DNA from: Lama glama
Lineage: Eukaryota
NCBI GenBank assembly: GCA_028534125.1
Contig: CM052830.1
Coordinates: forward strand, 23,498,001 to 23,562,000
DNA length: 64,000 bases
Direction: 5' to 3'
Part shown: positions 23,804 through 35,286 of the stretch, in pieces
How the letters are laid out: each line of letters begins with the position of its first letter
Position numbering within the stretch: position 1 is the first letter of the stretch
Notes under the pieces: generated by a model
What the model was told of the DNA's origin: nothing
The model's database searches: none
The model's input: the letters and a program-made list of their open reading frames with translations, nothing else
Position numbers and translations under genes: made by a program

Positions 23804-25860
23804 AGGAGGACATGGTTTTGTGTCCAGCTGAGAATTCCGCCTCTCGGCACAGTTGTAGATGATCTTCGAATTGGCCGGTTGTCGTGGGCACTTGAAGCAC
23901 CGTGTCACCGATCTTATGCCTACACGGAGGACAGGGCTGCTGCTCAGGGCTGAGCAGTGGGACAGGGTAGGGCTCTACCCGATTCTGCGTCCAATGAGCC
24001 TTTTTAAAGGCACCTTCTGGGAACGTGATGGGGTTAAGGCATTAGGTTGGGGGCAGGTCGCTGACCAATCCAAAGAGAAGAGAGGACAGGATCTTGGAAC
24101 TGAATCTTGTCCTTGCCTTCACTAGCTGTGTGATCTTGGGTAACCTTTTCTGAACTTGGCGTCCTCATCCAAGGAGGAAACTTGTCTAGAACCCCTTCCA
24201 GCCCTCACAGGCTCCCACGCCATGACGGTACAAAACAGTGCCTCTGTCTTAACACAAAGCACAAAACCTTGAACTCTCCAGGGCTTGCGCAGAGCAAAGG
24301 CTTCTGCAGGAGACCCGACATCTCTCTGGGCAGCAGAAATCAAAGTGCACCCTGCAGGGAGAGCTGAGACACTGTCAGCACAGCCACCCCTTCCCTCGGG
24401 GCCTTCCCTGGGAGGCTGGGGGTTTGCTTCAAGCAGGGCTGCTGTTCCTTACAGAAATCCACTGGTCAGTCACCGTATGAGCTGGGAGACCCCGGCGGGC
24501 TTCAGAATGGAGCAGAGAAAGTCAGAATGACAACTCCATCACGCACCATCAACCACCTGCCAAGAGCCGGCCTCTGGACTGGGCACCTTTCACACGTGGC
24601 AGGTCGTGGTTGCTTCGCATTCGCTGGGCTGCCCACACCCAGACTCCTGTGGATGAGTCCTGGTGGGACGCCAAGCCCTACTTTCCACCTAGGAAAGCAA
24701 ATAGGATGGACGCTTCCCCCAGGGCATCCCGGAGCAGGTAGGGTTGGACACACGGCCCAGGTCCAGCCAGTCAGACGCTCCTGTCTGGACTCTGAATCCT
24801 GAGCAAACAGTCAAAGACAAAGCGACCGTCGGAATGGACGCATGACAGAGTCCAGTGGCCATGGACGTGGGGCAAGTGCCCTGGGCAGGCCGTTCTTCCA
24901 AACAGCGGGCTGTGCTGTCCGCTCCGCGGCCGTCTGCGGCTACCTTAGTTTCTTTCCTCCCCCATTTTCCAGGCCGTGTTCTTCACCTGCTGACTCTGCG
25001 AGCCCGCTCTGCTGGGGTGACCAGAGCTGGTTCCTGCTGCTTGCAGCTGGGATTCCGGGCCAAAGCCCTGCTCTCACCCTGCAGTGCCTGCCCTGCCCCT
25101 CTGGGGAGCTGCTCCAGTCAGTCCTTCTTGGAGTCCATGGAGATCGTCGCTCTGTCTTGCTGCAGCCGCCGCGAGGGTTGGTCCTGAGCAGGTTTTACCG
25201 TCCCCGGGGGCTTCTGTGATGGCAAAGCGGGGGGCGTCCCGGGAAGCCAGGGTGCAGGGAGGCAGCGGGGAGTCACCTTGACCAGCGAGGAAGAGAAGCC
25301 GGTGGACGGATGTCTTCTCTGTTCCTCCTCGAGGGGCACAGCTGTGCAGTGTATCTCATGAGGCTGCTCCGAAGATCAGCCGGCAGCAGCCGATAATAAC
25401 ACGGGATTTTATGGGTTTTACGGGATTCCACCTTGCATGTTCCACTGGCTGGTCCTTGGCTCCTGTTCCCTGCTTTTCTTCCGAAGTGAATGACCTGCAG
25501 GCAGCCTGTTTCCTGAGCTCTGCTTCTTGGGAGACTGAGGCTCAGACAGGACCTGAGACACGGAGGGGTCAGGGGATTCGCTCTCAACTCGCCCAGAGCC
25601 CAGAGCCGAGGCTGGGACGCAAGAGCCTCTGACCTTGGTCTTTGCTCTTTTCCTCCTACAGCGCATGCTGCGAATATAGGTGGGGAGTGTGCAGGGTTGA
25701 TGCTCTGAGTCTGAGCTCTGGGATGGGTGGGGAGGAGGGCTCTGGCAGGCCCAGCGAAGGGGCTGGTCCTGGAGTCCTCCCCGTGGTGCTGGCAGCTTCA
25801 TACTGAAGCTTCTCTTCCGGACATTTCTGGGTATGTCTGTTCCTGTCTAAGAAAGTTTAT

Positions 25861-25922
25861 CTTTCTTCTTCTTTTTTTTTTTTTTTTTTGCTCTTGAATT
25901 TTTTTTCCCCTTGCTTTTTTTT
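25861..25922. repeat. T-rich low-complexity tract
   Basis: CTT repeats followed by poly-T runs. Confidence 0.85.
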
Positions 25923-26739
25923 GCACTTGGCCCTGCTTTGGGAACATACTGCTAGAAAGCGAGTTAAGAGACCCAACATTCTCAAGTCCACCACCAGCTT
26001 GCTGTTTGACCACAGAACAAGGCACCCCCTCTGACCCTCTGGGTCCCCATCTGGCCACTTGAGTGGGTCCCAGGGCTCGCCTGGGCCATGCCAGGCCCTC
26101 GCGAGGGCTGGGTGGGGGTGTGGGGTGCACTAACATGACAGACTCTCCAGCCCCACTCCCGCGGTTCCGAGCCGCCACACCAGGTGCGGGCCAGGCTTCT
26201 GTATTTCTAACGAGTTCCCCACATTTTAACAAGTTTCCCTTTCTCCTTCTCTATTTTGATCTCTCTCTCAACAGCTTGATTTGGGAATGATGAGGGAGTC
26301 CCCAGAGACTCCTCCACTCCCAGACACCTTCTCCATTAACTGCAGCAGCCGTGCAGCTTCCACCTGTTACAGCAGGCGCTGTCCCCAGGAGGTCTCTGTT
26401 AAAATGGCACTGAATTGCTCTGGAGGGTGATGTGTTCTCACTTTGGCATCCGTGACATCACAGAGATGGCTTCACTGCATCAGGAGCAAGGCACCTTCAG
26501 GGATCAGGGTCTGAGGCTGTCAGCACCAAGGAACCCAGGGGGAGGGTGTTTTCTGAGGAGCGAGGGGACATCCGTGAGCACTGAAAACCAGAGCCTGGAT
26601 GCTGACAGGGAGAGGCCAGCCTGAAAGGGCTGGGTTGTGTGTGGCGGGGGTGGGCGGCAGATGACAAGGTGCACTTACCTTGCGCAGGCCAGAGGTGGGC
26701 AGGGGTCCGGGCAGATGACAATGAGGGACCAGAAGAGGC

Positions 26740-26922
26740 TGAGCCCTGTAGTGGACGTCTCTGGATTCAAATCCTGGTGTCACTGCTGTGTGACCTTGGA
26801 CGTGGTAGCATACTTCCCTTTCTCTATCTGCCTGTTTCTGCCTCTGTCTCTCTCACGCCTGCTGTGCCCTGGAGCGGCTGTCCTCACTCCCATACCGGAT
26901 AGGATTGAGTGACCACCATGCA
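26740..26922 (+). mobile_element. MIR SINE
   Basis: CTGGATTCAAATCCTGG...GCTGTGTGACCTTGGAC...AGGATTGAGTGA. Confidence 0.6.
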
Positions 26923-27689
26923 AACGGAGCCCCCAGGGTCTCTCCTTGCATTTGGGATCTGGTCTCAGAGACAAAGTCTCTGGGTGGCCGGAAGTGCCAC
27001 ATGTCCCTGGGTGTCACTGGGCAGACAGCTGTGAATTGTGCGGCACCAGAGGCAGAGAGAGCATGAAGCAGAGACTGGGAGAAGCAGAGGAATGAGCGGC
27101 AGGGGGTCCTGAGGGCTGTCGGACCACAGCCCAGGGCCTTCCTGAAGCAGCCTCTTGTCTACGGGTTCCGGGAGGCACCCTGCGTCTTTATGAAAAACAA
27201 GCAAATAGCTCAGCTCTTTCCCTTAGGCTGGTCTGGTTTCTGCAGCTTGTGATCCAGCGGCCCCACCACGCCCGCGCTTGCACTGAGCAACCGGGAGAGC
27301 GGGGACAGGAGCAGCGGCCCCGGCGAGTGGGGCGGACCTGCGCGCGCGTGCGCCGTGCCCCGTGCCCCAGCGCCGTGCCCCCGGTCCTGGCTGAAACTTT
27401 GCAGAGACGCCCGCCAGCCACTCCTGCCAAAGAAACTTCTTCAGAGCATTTCTTCCAGAGCTGTGCCTTGAGAAACGATAGCAGCCCTTCACCCTCTTCA
27501 CCTGGTTGCCAACACACCTAGGAGATCTCACCGGGTCCAGACTACCCGGATCAGGGCTTCTCAAACTCTCCCAGAGATAAATGTTAAGATGCAGATCCTG
27601 ATGCAAACGGTTGGAGCTCCCACGTGACGTGGATGCTGCTGGTCCAAGGGCCACAGAGGGACCAGCAAGGATTTGACTCCCTATGCCAG

Positions 27690-28710
27690 GAATTACAAAT
27701 GAGTGGCCAGTTAGAACCGCCAAATCAGCAGCAGCGCGGAAGCCAAGTAGCCATTCTAAGCAGGGGCAAGAAACTCACTAGTTTGAATTAATGGGGAAAA
27801 AATTCTGAATAGAGTATTCTTGCTGAGAAACACCGTTTTACTCCTTCCAACGGTACCTCGGGAAGAGCTGGCCTCTCCAGGAAGGAAGGAACAGATAAGC
27901 CCAGGGTAATTAGCATGTCAATGACTAATAATTACAAAGGGGCTTCTGAAGAGCTGGGGGGTATTCCAACGGTTTTTCCTCTCCCTCGAAAATTCTCGAG
28001 TAGCTCCAATGTCTCCACCTTCTTCGACTTGCTTCTGTTTATCGTCTGGGCAGTGCCTCTTCTGCAGATCCGCGCGACGTCAGACTCGGCGTCGCCCGCA
28101 CCGAGGCTCGCAGCCCCGCGGGCGGTGCCAACCTCCTTACCGAAGACGCTGCTTTTGTTTTATTTTTCCTCTTTCAAGAAACTGACATCTTAGCGCCTCA
28201 TATCCATCTTAGTTGAAACAAATGTTTTGATTACATCCAAGCGAGAGCCCAACAAAAGCTGCCGGGACGGAGCCGACGCGCGCGCTATTAGCTTTAGACA
28301 ATTTGCTCTGATATTGTCTGGAATCACGCGTGCACACGCCCATACAGATCTGATGCCTTGACTTGTTTCATTAATCTTTATTTGTTTAATCATCTGTTTA
28401 ATCTGTTTAATCGTTGGTTTAAGTGGGAAGATAACACGAAGATGCTCAGCGCTGGCTCGTGCAGGCGCTCTGACTCGAAGCCCAGCGTTGCTTTTCGACT
28501 GTTTATCACGTTCTTTTATGGGGTTTCAGGAACTACTGAAAGCCTGTNNNNNNNNNNNNNNNNNNNNNNNNNNNNNNNNNNNNNNNNNNNNNNNNNNNNN
28601 NNNNNNNNNNNNNNNNNNNNNNNNNNNNNNNNNNNNNNNNNNNNNNNNNNNNNNNNNNNNNNNNNNNNNNNNNNNNNNNCCCCACCAAACGCAATATTTA
28701 AGTTGGCACC
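27690..28710. promoter_or_regulatory. About 1-kb putative conserved enhancer block (contains gap 1)
   Basis: Repeat-free, with alternating AT-rich motif-dense and CpG-rich segments. Contains CAGGGTAATTAG, TAATAATTA, three copies of TGTTTAATC and TTTTATGG. Confidence 0.55.
28548..28679. other. N gap (132 nt)
   Basis: Run of N. Confidence 1.
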
Positions 28711-29629
28711 AGGGCCGTTCTGGGAGAAGCTGGGAGGCCTGGGGGGCTGGGCGCGCGTTCGAGGATGAGGGAGCAATTTCTTCTCTCCAGACGTGTTTGC
28801 TCTGAGAATCTAAGCTGGTTCTGGGCTGAAGGCACCAGGCAGCGCCCGGGGTCTGACATCTGTCACCATCAGGAATGCTGCGCCCCCACCTCCCTCTGGG
28901 CTGGAGGTGTCTATCAGACGTGGGGGCACTAACTCCTACTGGGACACCCCCCGGGGACGTCGTGACCATGAATCGTTGGCTTTGCGTCAGATCCACTTAT
29001 AAAACGGTCACCACTCTCCATGGCGATGGCTTTTTATGTCATGCTCCAGTTTGGCTTGAGGACAGGAGGCGAGCATGACCCTGTGCGTTGTGGTCAGTAT
29101 AGTAGGGTTACTTCAACAAGACTCGGTGAACATCTCCAGCAAGAGGGTAAACTCTTGGGGGCTAATGTCACTGCAGACAGTGTTGCAGGCACAGCTGCCT
29201 CCTTCTGGAAATGAAGACCCTTGCTCTCAATGGAGAGGTCTGCCCACCTCCAGATCATGCCCTTGGCAGCCTCCCCCATCCTCTCCCAATCCTCCCACCC
29301 CCCAAGGTCCCACCCCAGAGCCACGCACAGAGCAGGTGGGAGCAGGATCGGGACTGGAACTCACCGCCTCTGAAAGTCAGTTGGAAAAGAGCCCCTCACC
29401 CCACCCCACAGCGCTCTGAGCCTCCGGCCCCTTGTGCCAAGACGCTGACAGAAGGAAAATGGCCCTGACTGAGTGCCGTTGCTCCGTGCTTCCAGGTGCA
29501 GAGGTTTTACGCCCCACGGGCCTTGCCGGAGCACAGCTGGGGTGTTTACCTGCCCACTTGTATCCCTGGAGGGAATGGGCCTCCTGGGACCCCCAGCTCC
29601 TCACCCAGAGCCCCTCAGACACGATGCCT

Positions 29630-29825
29630 GAGTGCGGCTGGGTTTGCGTGGCCGGGTTCTCGCGGCCTCTCGCACAGGACACGTCACCTTGAGCAACTTC
29701 CTAAACATTCTGAGCCCTGTTTCCCATCATACCAGTGGGGGTGATGATGGTCTCTGCCCCACAGGTTGTCGTGAGCACAGAAAGATGAAACAGGCATCAG
29801 CGCCTGGCCCGCCTGGTGCCTGCGC
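29630..29825 (+). mobile_element. MIR SINE
   Basis: CACCTTGAGCAACTTCCTAAACATTCTGAGCCCTGTTTCCCATC...ACAGGTTGTCGTGAG. Confidence 0.7.
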
Positions 29826-31569
29826 TGCGTGGGAGCTGGGGCCTCCGCAGGGTCTCTCCCGCGGGCCCGTGAGGTCTTCGGGAGGGACGCTGCGCTGCCA
29901 GAGGGGACAGGCTCCAGGAGAGGAGGAGGCACTTGTCCCCTGTGTGTCTTTCTGTCTGTCCCAGCGTCACCTGGAGGGCGGGCTATGCTGCTCATTTTCG
30001 GCGCTGAGTCAGTGCCGGCCCCCAGCGCACATGCCTCCCTTGTCCCTCCTCCAAGGGGTGCCTCCCTCCCCGTTCCCTCCATGGGGCCGACAGCCTGAGG
30101 CTCCTCTTTGATTGGCCCTCAGCATCCTAGACCCAGGGAGCCCCTACCCACACTTCTGAAGGAATCACTTCTTTAAAAAAAAATCCTAGATGGCATTTGA
30201 AAGAGATGTTTTTGTTGAAAGGCTTCCTCCTGGGCCTCTGGATTCCAGCGTCTGTGAACCGCCGGTGCCTGGGACCGCTCGTTCACTCTTGCCTCTCTGT
30301 GGGAAATTCCTTGATGTTCCCTTTAATCCTCTTTCTTTGCATTCCCAGGAGAGCTGCCCACACAGGCTTGGAAGGGTCTGGAGAAGCTGGCAGCCAGCCT
30401 AGCTCAGGGCACCACCCCGACTGGGCATCTTCAGTCTTGGCTGGGCCGTGGGCATCACGCGGCGGCAAGCTTAGTAGAGCTGCCTGGTTAACTTGTCGCT
30501 TTTTGACTGAGGGCATGGCCTCTGCCCTCTGAAGTGTCTGCCCTCTTCCATCAGGCTGGGGGCTCAGTGCTCAGGGAGCAGCGTGGGAGGTGGGGACAAC
30601 CGTCCAGCCAACCAGCGCAGCTGGCTTGCCCCGGTGCTCGGCGGAGTGAGCTGCTGTGCTCAGATGTGCCTCGTGTCCCCGAGGACAGAGGAGAAAGGGA
30701 GTTCGCTCTGTGCAGGGACCACCTGTTGCCACTGCCTCCAGCAGGGACCCACCCCCGCTTAAGCATGTGCCTTGATTAACAGCTGCTCTCCCAGATCCTG
30801 GATTTGGTGCCAGGCTTTGGAGAAGAGGAAAATAGGGTTCTGGTGGTTCCTGATTGTAAGGAGAGGAGGACCAGGGAGGCGCTCGGCCAGTACCCAGGGG
30901 TCCTGATGTCCCTGGGAACAGGGAGAGGGTCTTCAGCAATGAGAGGAGCTCGGAAAGAGAGGGGAGCCAAGATGAACTGGGGCGTTCTGCCCCTCTGGCC
31001 CCCAGTGGTCTTGGATGCTCCCCTGGCCACCCGGCCGTACTTTGCAGCTGCCTGAGGTGGAGAGGCCTGCCTGTGGGGCCAGGCTGCCCACAGCTGAGCT
31101 CGTGCTTCCCGCAGCCACAAGGAGGGACCGTGGCAGCCTCCTCCGCGTCCCGGCCTTCTCACTCGTTCACCTGAGACGGCACTGCGCGTGGGGCAGGCAC
31201 AACATAAAGGCGAGGTGGGCAGTTGGGGGGGTAACGAGGGTGTTCGGGCAAACCTTTGAACATTTACTGAGCGCCCACCCGGTGCCAGACACCATGCTAG
31301 GTCTTGGGAGTCCAGCAGTGGACCGGCTGGACCCAGCTCCACGGGGCTGCTGTGGAGGCAAAACGAGAGAATGTGCATCAAAAAACGCTGCTGATGCTGT
31401 GAAACTGAACCAGAGCACGGAGGCCAGGCTGCCAGGCTACGGGCTGTGCGCTTTCACGGGCGCGATGAGTCACCAGGCGGCTTGGCACCAAAGAGTGGGA
31501 TGAACTGGTTTTGTTTTTGGAATTTTTCGTTTCACAAATAAATCACGTTCGTTGGAAAGCGATGAGGTG

Positions 31570-31865
31570 GGTCAGAGTCCCTGCTTCCGCGTATCCCAGA
31601 CATCTCTGTGTTTGTGAATCTGGTTAATGTTTGTAAGTCTCACAGGTGAGGAGTGATGTCTCGCTGTTGCTTTTTGTGTTTTTAAGTGTAAGTCGGCCTG
31701 AGCATCGTTCCGCGTGTTTATTTGTGCTTCTGACTTGTTTTCATTTGCTGGTTCGCACACACTTCCCAGTGATCCATCGGGCTGATGTGTTTTAAAATTA
31801 CTGACGTGTAAGAGATCTTACTTTAAGCAAAATAGTTCTTACTATCCGTTGTACATATTATGTTT
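31570..31865 (-). mobile_element. Old L1 (L1ME-like) fragment
   Basis: T-rich antisense L1 motifs: GGTGAGGAGTGATGTCTCGCTGTTGCTTT...TGAGCATC...TGTTTATT. Confidence 0.55.
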
Positions 31866-31869
31866 ATGA

Positions 31870-32990
31870 TTACTTTTTTATTATTATTACTAACTTTATT
31901 TTCTTCTTACAAAATTACACTGTAACCGAGGTACACTTTCCATTCAATAAAATCCACACATTCTGTTTTAAATATAGAAGCTGTTGACTTGACAAATGTC
32001 TACACCCACATAACCGCTGTTGCCACAACCAGGATATAAAACATTTCCATCACCCCCAAATTTCCTTGCACCCCTTTACCGTCAGTCCCCCCCTTACCCC
32101 AGGCAGCTGCCGAAGTGGCTTCCACCGCAGTAACTGTTGAAGTTCTAAGCCTTCACGCATAAGGTGCAATGGAGCCTGCGTGTTCTCTGGCTACGCTTCT
32201 GCTCGCGTGGTGCCTGTGAGGTTCACCCAGGCCGTTCTGTTTTGTCAGGAGTTTATTCCTTGTTATTGCTGAATTGTGCCCCCGTCCAAGGAAACATCAC
32301 AACTTCTTCAACGGCTTCAATGTCGCCGGGCAGCTGGGTGGTTTCCAGGCTGAGCCACTCCAAACAAAGCTGCCGTGGGCAAGCTCGTACGACGTCCGTA
32401 CGTGGACGTGTGTTTCATTTCTCCGGGGTAACCACCTCGTGTTAGGGTGACTGGATGACATACTAGGTACGTGTTCAGTTCTGTGGGAAACGGCCGGAGT
32501 GTCTTCCAAAGCGGCTGTGCCGTTTCTCCCTCCCGCCAACGGCGCGCGAGTTCCGCTCGGCCCGCGTCCCTGCTGGCACTTGGTGCTGTCAGCCTTGAGT
32601 TTAGGCATCCTAGGGGCAGGGACTGCTGCCTCCCTGCGGCTGTGACGGGCACTTGCCTGCTGGTGCTAACGAGGACGGACATTGTCGCGTGTGCCTTTCC
32701 TGGGTCTTCTTTGCTCTCGTCAAATGTTTGCTCATTTTAAATTAGGCCGTCTTTCATTCTTTTTACGTTCGAGACACAAAGGCTTTGTCTCGCATCCACA
32801 CTGTGTGTATCTCCTCCTGTTCTTGGTTGCGCCTTTTCACTGTTAAACCTTTGCTCACTCGTGTCTAAGAGAACAGGTTGCGAAGACTTTCTCCTGTGTT
32901 TTCTTCCAGAACTTTCACGTTTCCCTTTTGGGTTTAGGTCTATGATGCGTTGTGTGTTAACCCTTGGTTTTGGTGCAATTTTTTTTCTGT
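31870..32990 (-). mobile_element. L1M fossil: 3' UTR plus decayed ORF2 C-terminus
   Basis: ORFs 32317-32682 and 32297-32608 (-) contain QPLWKT..ELN..YPGEMK..AALF and WKPPSCP, matching the L1 ORF2p C-terminal motifs (QPLWK, GIYPxEMK, AALF, WKQPKCP). The 3' UTR motif ACATTTCCATCACCCCCAAA is present. Confidence 0.9.
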
Positions 32991-33409
32991 CTTTTTTGCC
33001 TGAATGGAAATGTCGCTGGGTACAAAATTGGGGGGTTACCTCCCATTTCCAAACTCTGTAGGTATTTCTCCCTTGTTTTCTAGCATGCGACATTTCCGTG
33101 AAGCATTCTGAAGTCATCTGACTTTGCTTCTTGAAGGTGGTTTACACTTTCACCCCAAATACCTGTAAGATTTTTGTAGAGTAAAGCCTGGAATATTTCA
33201 TCTGTGCGGCACATTAGCCTGGACTCTGTGTCCAAGGTCTAAAACAAATGGGAGTACGAATGTATTTTTAAGGCAATTCATTCTACCCCTTTGCTTTCTT
33301 TTCTAATGAGCTCAGTGGCAGTGTATCCGTGGGGGTGTGTGTGTGATCCTAGTTAGCAACTGGGAACTGGGGGTAGAATCAGGGCCACAATTCTAGTATC
33401 TTCCTACCT

Positions 33410-33700
33410 GAGTGTTTCTCAGTTCTGGCTGCCCATTGGAAACAGATGCCAGTACCTGGGCCTCATCCCAGATCAATTGAATCTGAATCTCTGGGGTGGG
33501 ACCCAGGGAACCGGTTTAGTTCAAAGGTCCCCTGGAGGTTCTAAAGTGCAGGCAAGGCTCCGAGCTCCGCCCTCCCTCGGCCCATGATTCTCAGACCGGA
33601 GCGTGTGAGACTCACCTAGCGAGCTGGTTAAATGCAGGTTCCTGGGCCTTAGCTTGTCCCTGAGACTCTAATTTAATAAGCCTTTGGGGTGAGGCCAGTG
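33410..33700. mobile_element. Two adjacent MER5-family MITEs
   Basis: GAATCTCTGGGGTGGGACCCAGG...GGTTCTAAAGTGCAG and GATTCTCAGA...TCACCT...TGGTTAAATGCAGGTTCCTGGGCC. Confidence 0.7.
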
Positions 33701-34502
33701 CCGAGAAAAGCTCACCTGTCTTTCTTCCCACCTAGTGTCACAAAGTACGTGATGTGTCAAAATATGAACACGAATGAAGCATAAAGCAATTAGTACAAAC
33801 GGCATCAAAACCAGAGGGGGAGAAATTGCAGCAGAAACCTGGGGGAAGGTGATTGTAACCGAACACGAAACTGGACTTGGCTTTTCCCACAACCAGGACC
33901 TCTGTCCCTGTGACCGGGGAGACGTCACTCTCACTGTCGAGCTCTGCCAGCCTCCTCACCTGTCCGGCAGGGCGGCACCACGTGACACCTAGGGCGTGGA
34001 GCTCCCCTACTGCCGCTGAGCAGAATTTCTGGGGGATCTGGAATTTTCTAAAAGAGCCTGGGGTAGGTGCGGGAGCCCCGGCTCCTGGGTGCTTTGCCAT
34101 CTTCCCACGCAAGCCACCACACCTGCCATGCCAGGGGCTACACTTCTGGTGGAACCCTCCACGCTGCTTCTTGCCAAGGCTTGACAATCCATTTCACATG
34201 GGAGGTTAAAGGACACTTCCGTCCCACGCAGACATTTCCCGTAAACCAGGAGATGGGGATGGGAAATGTCAGCTGAGACCCCTGGGCGTCTAAACAGGGG
34301 AGACAGCTGGGGCGGCAGGAGTGGCGGCAGCCTCCCCCCTGCCCCGGCTTCCCCGGCCCGCCCGCTGCCCGCTGCCCGCCGCCCCGTTGGAGGATGAATG
34401 TTCATGTGACGCCTGTGTCTTCACTCGGAGGGACTGGATAGGAGCGGCTGCAATATTTCACCAGCTCTTCTGTTTGTCGGCTCCACTAATCATCAGCCCC
34501 CA

Positions 34503-34642
34503 NNNNNNNNNNNNNNNNNNNNNNNNNNNNNNNNNNNNNNNNNNNNNNNNNNNNNNNNNNNNNNNNNNNNNNNNNNNNNNNNNNNNNNNNNNNNNNNNNN
34601 NNNNNNNNNNNNNNNNNNNNNNNNNNNNNNNNNNNNNNNNNN
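34503..34642. other. N gap (140 nt)
   Basis: Run of N. Confidence 1.
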
Positions 34643-34931
34643 ATCTTCCCTTCTCCCTTCCACACCCCCTCCCTGAATTTTTTTCTTGCCATCCTCTCCC
34701 GCTCTCCGCCCCCTTTTAGCAAAATCGTAGCTCGGGCTGCTTTAAATCACTGTCGCGCAAATGAGGTGTTTTCCCTCAGACTGTCGTGTGGCCGCAGCCG
34801 TGCGTCCCAGGCAGCAAGCGCCCCGTGCACCTGCGCTCGGTGCTAATTGAGCGGATGATCTGCCGATTTGTCGTGCTTAACCCCCCCCCCGCCCCCTCCC
34901 CCACGACCAGCCTGGCTTGCCGGGGACAATG

Positions 34932-35286
34932 NNNNNNNNNNNNNNNNNNNNNNNNNNNNNNNNNNNNNNNNNNNNNNNNNNNNNNNNNNNNNNNNNNNNN
35001 NNNNNNNNNNNNNNNNNNNNNNNNNNNNNNNNNNNNNNNNNNNNNNNNNNNNNNNNNNNNNNNNNNNNNNNNNNNNNNNNNNNNNNNNNNNNNNNNNNNN
35101 NNNNNNNNNNNNNNNNNNNNNNNNNNNNNNNNNNNNNNNNNNNNNNNNNNNNNNNNNNNNNNNNNNNNNNNNNNNNNNNNNNNNNNNNNNNNNNNNNNNN
35201 NNNNNNNNNNNNNNNNNNNNNNNNNNNNNNNNNNNNNNNNNNNNNNNNNNNNNNNNNNNNNNNNNNNNNNNNNNNNNNNNNNNNNN
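34932..35286. other. N gap (355 nt)
   Basis: Run of N. Confidence 1.

Noticed and set aside
25923-25960. Faint resemblance to the U6 snRNA 5' end after the T-tract
   Set aside because: Too few identities, and no continuation into the U6 body.
26520-26540. REST/NRSE-like site (also half-sites near 17757 and 55187)
   Set aside because: Only one half of the 21-bp motif matches in each case.
26673-27097. Strong minus-strand donor (AAG|GTAAGT) with a distant acceptor near 27074
   Set aside because: The implied exon of about 395 nt spans a MIR and has no other support.
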